64,000 nucleotides of DNA from Planctomycetota bacterium (GTDB lineage: Bacteria > Planctomycetota > B15-G4), in assembly GCA_029259725.1 (NCBI GenBank), contig JAJDER010000037.1, positions 4,972 to 68,971 of the forward strand, given 5' to 3'. Below the pieces are notes generated by a model that saw only the letters and a list, made by a program, of their open reading frames with translations, was not told the DNA's origin and did no database searches. A program made the translations under genes and the position numbers. Position 1 is the first letter of the stretch. The number at the start of each line of letters is the position of its first letter. Positions 61,304 to 64,000 of this stretch are shown one piece after another.

Positions 61304-62287
61304 TCAGCCGGCGGTACCTCCATCGGCGAGCGGTCGGCGACCGCGTGCCAGGAACAGCGGGAGGCGCACCTTGCGCCCGTTCGGGTTCTCCACGACGTAG
61401 CTGTCGTGCAGCAGTTCGTGGGAGACGTCGGTCAGGCCGGCGGCCGTCAGGTCCGCCTCGATCACGGAGGGCTGGAGTCCGAGGCGCACATCGGCCATGG
61501 CTTCGGCCATCCAGTGTTCGGTGTGCGGCAGCAGGTCGACGCAGACGACGATGCCTCCCGGGCGTACCACGCGCGCCATCTCGCGCACGCCCTGGCGCGT
61601 GTCGACCAGGTGGTGCAGCACCATGTGCGCGCAGGCGGCGTCGACCTCGGCGTCGGCCAGCGGCAACTGCTCCACGGCGCCCAGGCGCAGCTCGACGTCA
61701 GCGGCCACGTCGGCGAGATTCTGTCGCGCACGCTCGAGCATGGCCGGCGAGGTGTCGACGCCCACGACGCGCTTCACGCGGCGGCCGAGAGCGCGCGCGA
61801 GGTAGCCCGTGCCGCATCCGACGTCCGCGACGGCCAACCCCGGGTCGACCAGGCAACCGAGCGCTTCGAGCCGACCGGTGCCGTGCGCGAAGTCGCTGCC
61901 GATCACGTCCCAATCACCGGCGATGCGATCGAAGAAGTCCGCGGACTCACTCCGATCCGCGAGGACCTCCTCGAGGCGCCGGCGATCCGCGGGTCCGTGT
62001 TCCAGCGTGTCCAGTGACGGCGCCAGCGCGGCCCAGAGTTCTCCCACGCGTCCGTTGGGGACATCGAGTCGACTGAAGGTGAACGAGCCCTGGTGGCGAT
62101 CCCCGAGCAGACCCGCCTCCCGCAGCGTCTTGAGGTGGTTCGAGACCCGGCTCTGCCCCATGGCCAGGCAGCGGGCGATTTCACCCACGGAGAGCTCGGT
62201 CTGGCCGAGCAGCGCCAGGATGCGCAGGCGCGTCTCGTCCGCGAGGACGCGCAGCAGCGCCGAGATCGGCTCGTGGGTCGTGGTCAT
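61304..62287 (-). CDS. sahR: ArsR-type wHTH fused to SAM-dependent methyltransferase-like domain (SahR-like regulator of the methyl cycle)
   Basis: This is the in-frame part of ORF 61304..62314. I placed the start at ATG 62287 (MTTTHEP), though ATG 62314 is also possible. The ArsR HTH is LRVLADETRLRILALLGQTELSVGEIARCLAMGQSRVSNHLKTLREAGL. The class I MTase motif I is VADVGCGTGYLA. It lies immediately upstream of ahcY on the same strand. Confidence 0.75.
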   Translation of the reverse strand: MTTTHEPISALLRVLADETRLRILALLGQTELSVGEIARCLAMGQSRVSNHLKTLREAGLLGDRHQGSFTFSRLDVPNGRVGELWAALAPSLDTLEHGPADRRRLEEVLADRSESADFFDRIAGDWDVIGSDFAHGTGRLEALGCLVDPGLAVADVGCGTGYLARALGRRVKRVVGVDTSPAMLERARQNLADVAADVELRLGAVEQLPLADAEVDAACAHMVLHHLVDTRQGVREMARVVRPGGIVVCVDLLPHTEHWMAEAMADVRLGLQPSVIEADLTAAGLTDVSHELLHDSYVVENPNGRKVRLPLFLARGRRPLADGGTAG

Positions 62288-62389
62288 CACGGCATCACCA
62301 TACCCTGATGTCATCGACAGATCAAGGCATCGTGATGAAGTGATTCCACTCGGATGGCAGGTGCTTCCACACGCCGGCCGGATCCTGCC

Positions 62390-63259
62390 CTACCGCAGGG
62401 TCTCGATGTCGGGCGTGTTCGCCAGGCGCACGTCGCCGGTCCCGAAGGAGGTGGCCACCAACTTGTAGCGCCCCCCCCGGATGCTCAGGTCGCCGGTCCC
62501 CGAGCTGACCGAGAAGGTCCCCTTGACCGTGCAGTCGGCGAGGGTCATGTCGCCCGTGCCGGTGTCGATGCTCAGCTCGTCGAAGCTGCTCCCGTCGATG
62601 CTGACATCGCCCGTGCTCGAATCCACTTCGCCTGTCCCCGCGCGGATCCCGATGAGCGTGAGGTCGGACGTGCCCCCACTGACGCTCAGCTCGTCAACCG
62701 TGCACCCCTCGATGCGGATGTCGCCCGTGCCGCTGGAGGCGTCCAGGTGCGAGCACTCGCTGTCGCGCACGCGGATCTCGCCGGTCCCGGTCCGTGTCTC
62801 GAGGTCCGCTTGCAGGCCCGACACCGAGACCATCCCGGTACTCGACGCGGCCAGGAGTCGGCCCGACGCCGGGACCGTGCCGCGGATCGCGTTGATCAGC
62901 ACCTTGCCCGCGCCGTCCACGACCGCCGTCACACGACCATCCAGGAGGGCCGCACCGCCCTCGCCCTCGACCTCGCTCAGGATCAGCACCTCGAGTCGAG
63001 CCGCGTTGCCGGCCGCGGCGGTCAGCTCGACGTCACCGGTGGGCACCGCGACCTCGAGGACCGTCCCCGTCGACGCAGCCAGGGTGACCGCCTCCCAGCG
63101 GCTGAACGGGAGCAGTACGTCGTCGACGTAGATCGTCCCGTCGATCTCGCAGAGATCCTGTCCGTGGAAGGTCATGTTCGACGAACCGCCCATGCCGCCC
63201 AGGCTCATGTGGCAGGACGGGATCAGCAACAGCACGGCGAGCAGCAGGGCGCGGGTCAT
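62390..63259 (-). CDS. DUF4097-like repetitive beta-helix lipoprotein (putative adhesin family)
   Basis: This is the in-frame part of ORF 62390..63430, starting at ATG 63259. The lipobox is LLLAVLLLIPSC. About eight (S/T)G(T/S)G(D/E)(I/V/L/M) repeats occur at a spacing of about 17-20 aa: TGTGEI, SGTGDI, GGTSDL, AGTGEV, SSTGDV, TGTGDM, SGTGDL, FGTGDV. Confidence 0.72.
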   Translation of the reverse strand: MTRALLLAVLLLIPSCHMSLGGMGGSSNMTFHGQDLCEIDGTIYVDDVLLPFSRWEAVTLAASTGTVLEVAVPTGDVELTAAAGNAARLEVLILSEVEGEGGAALLDGRVTAVVDGAGKVLINAIRGTVPASGRLLAASSTGMVSVSGLQADLETRTGTGEIRVRDSECSHLDASSGTGDIRIEGCTVDELSVSGGTSDLTLIGIRAGTGEVDSSTGDVSIDGSSFDELSIDTGTGDMTLADCTVKGTFSVSSGTGDLSIRGGRYKLVATSFGTGDVRLANTPDIETLR

Positions 63260-63368
63260 GGGACACTCCGGCGGGGATGCGCGGGGCCTCCCACGGCCCC
63301 GCGGCGAGTGTACAGCGAGGTCCACCCGGCTCGACGGCGGAGCCATGGCGGTCCGGTGACCCACACCC

Positions 63369-64000
63369 TCAGGAGTGCTTCGCCCGGCCGCCGTCGTGCT
63401 TGCCGGCGCGGCGGCTCCGGCGCGCCCCACCGTCCTCGGGGCCGGCGTCTCCGCCGCTCGCCTTGCGGCGCCAGCCCGCGGCGAAGTCCGCGAAGCGCCC
63501 GAGTTCCAGCGCCCCCCGGATCCCCGCCATCAGGTCCTGGTAGTGCTGCAGGTTGTGGATGCTGCACAACGTCGCGAACAGCGGCTCCCGTGCGTAGTGC
63601 AGGTGGCGCAGGACCATGCGCGTGTAGTGCTTGCAGGTGTAGCAGCCGCACTTGCTGTCGAGCGCACTGTCGTCGTAGCGGTAGCGCCGATCGGTGATGC
63701 GCAGCTTGCCCAGGCGGGTGAACAAGGTGCCACCGCGGGCATAGCGCGTGGGGATGACGCAATCGAACATGTCCATGCCCTGCTCGACGGCGGACAGGAT
63801 GTCTTCGGGCAGGCCCACGCCCATCAGGTAGCGCGGCTTCTCCTCCGGCAGCAACGGCGCGGTCCAGGTCGTGACCGCCGTCATCAGCTCGTGACCCTCA
63901 CCCACCGACACGCCGCCGATGGCGTAGCCCGGGAGATCGAGTTCCTTCAGCTGGTTCGCGCTGCGCTTGCGCAGGTCCTGGTGCACACCACCCTGCACGA
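63369..64000 (-). CDS. tgt: Queuine tRNA-ribosyltransferase paralogue, copy 2 (C-terminal about 210 codons; N-terminus beyond right edge)
   Basis: It contains GYAIGGVSVGE, RYLMGVGLPED, MFDCVIPTR, the zinc site CGCYTC...H and IHNLQHYQDLM. It ends in a basic C-terminal tail (RRKASGG...RRSRRAGKHDGGRAKHS). The ORF remains open to the window end. Confidence 0.85.
   Translation of the reverse strand, partial: VQGGVHQDLRKRSANQLKELDLPGYAIGGVSVGEGHELMTAVTTWTAPLLPEEKPRYLMGVGLPEDILSAVEQGMDMFDCVIPTRYARGGTLFTRLGKLRITDRRYRYDDSALDSKCGCYTCKHYTRMVLRHLHYAREPLFATLCSIHNLQHYQDLMAGIRGALELGRFADFAAGWRRKASGGDAGPEDGGARRSRRAGKHDGGRAKHS

Noticed and set aside
63369-64000. The second tgt as a DpdA-type DNA 7-deazaguanine transglycosylase
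   Set aside because: The visible part aligns motif-for-motif with canonical tRNA TGT, including the zinc site. No dpd-type helicase or ParB-like genes are in view, so the DNA-modification idea is unsupported with the data at hand.

Overview
This is a very GC-rich bacterial chromosomal window (about 70% G+C by eye, not computed; third codon positions are almost all G/C). It is densely packed with about 54 protein genes and 1 tRNA. I saw no rRNA, CRISPR array, transposase or integrase. Stop codons are rare at this GC content, so the six-frame track holds many long antisense or out-of-frame ORFs with Arg/Gly/Pro/Ala-rich nonsense translations. At each locus I kept only the frame with protein-like sequence and recognisable motifs, and trimmed N-terminal over-extensions to the first plausible start. 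Most content is housekeeping: ubiX/ubiE, ruvB, tgt, ald, dinB, nadD, thiE/thiL, tsaE, purC/purE, mtnA, glyA, ahcY, galE, gmd, uppP, dacB. This is mixed with envelope and secreted proteins and with families common in Planctomycetota/PVC-like environmental lineages (DUF1080, a Gfo/Idh/MocA plus TIM-barrel sugar cluster, Ser/Thr kinase plus ECF sigma, a HEAT-repeat protein, a 1493-aa beta-propeller lipoprotein). The taxonomic guess is inference only. The stand-out is a minus-strand module at 39.2-49.0 kb. It starts with one 1918-aa ORF encoding two complete, diverged UvrA protomers fused head-to-tail (four ABC ATPase sites). That ORF overlaps by ATGA the start of an XPB/ERCC3-type SF2 helicase. 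After a 145-250 nt gap comes a 734-aa protein whose C-terminal domain visibly resembles the N-terminal domain of that same XPB, a p52/Tfb2-like arrangement. Linking a bacterial lesion sensor to an archaeo-eukaryotic-type XPB pair looks like an uncharacterised repair or DNA-surveillance system. Secondary points are listed below.
- A second tgt paralogue lies at the right edge.
- A Ser/Thr kinase and ECF sigma pair has no anti-sigma factor.
- A SahR-like ArsR-methyltransferase regulator lies upstream of ahcY.
- An orphan response regulator has an HTH-then-REC domain order.
- The tRNA-Val(GAC) has C at position 33.
- There is a putative 3-keto-glycoside type catabolic cluster.
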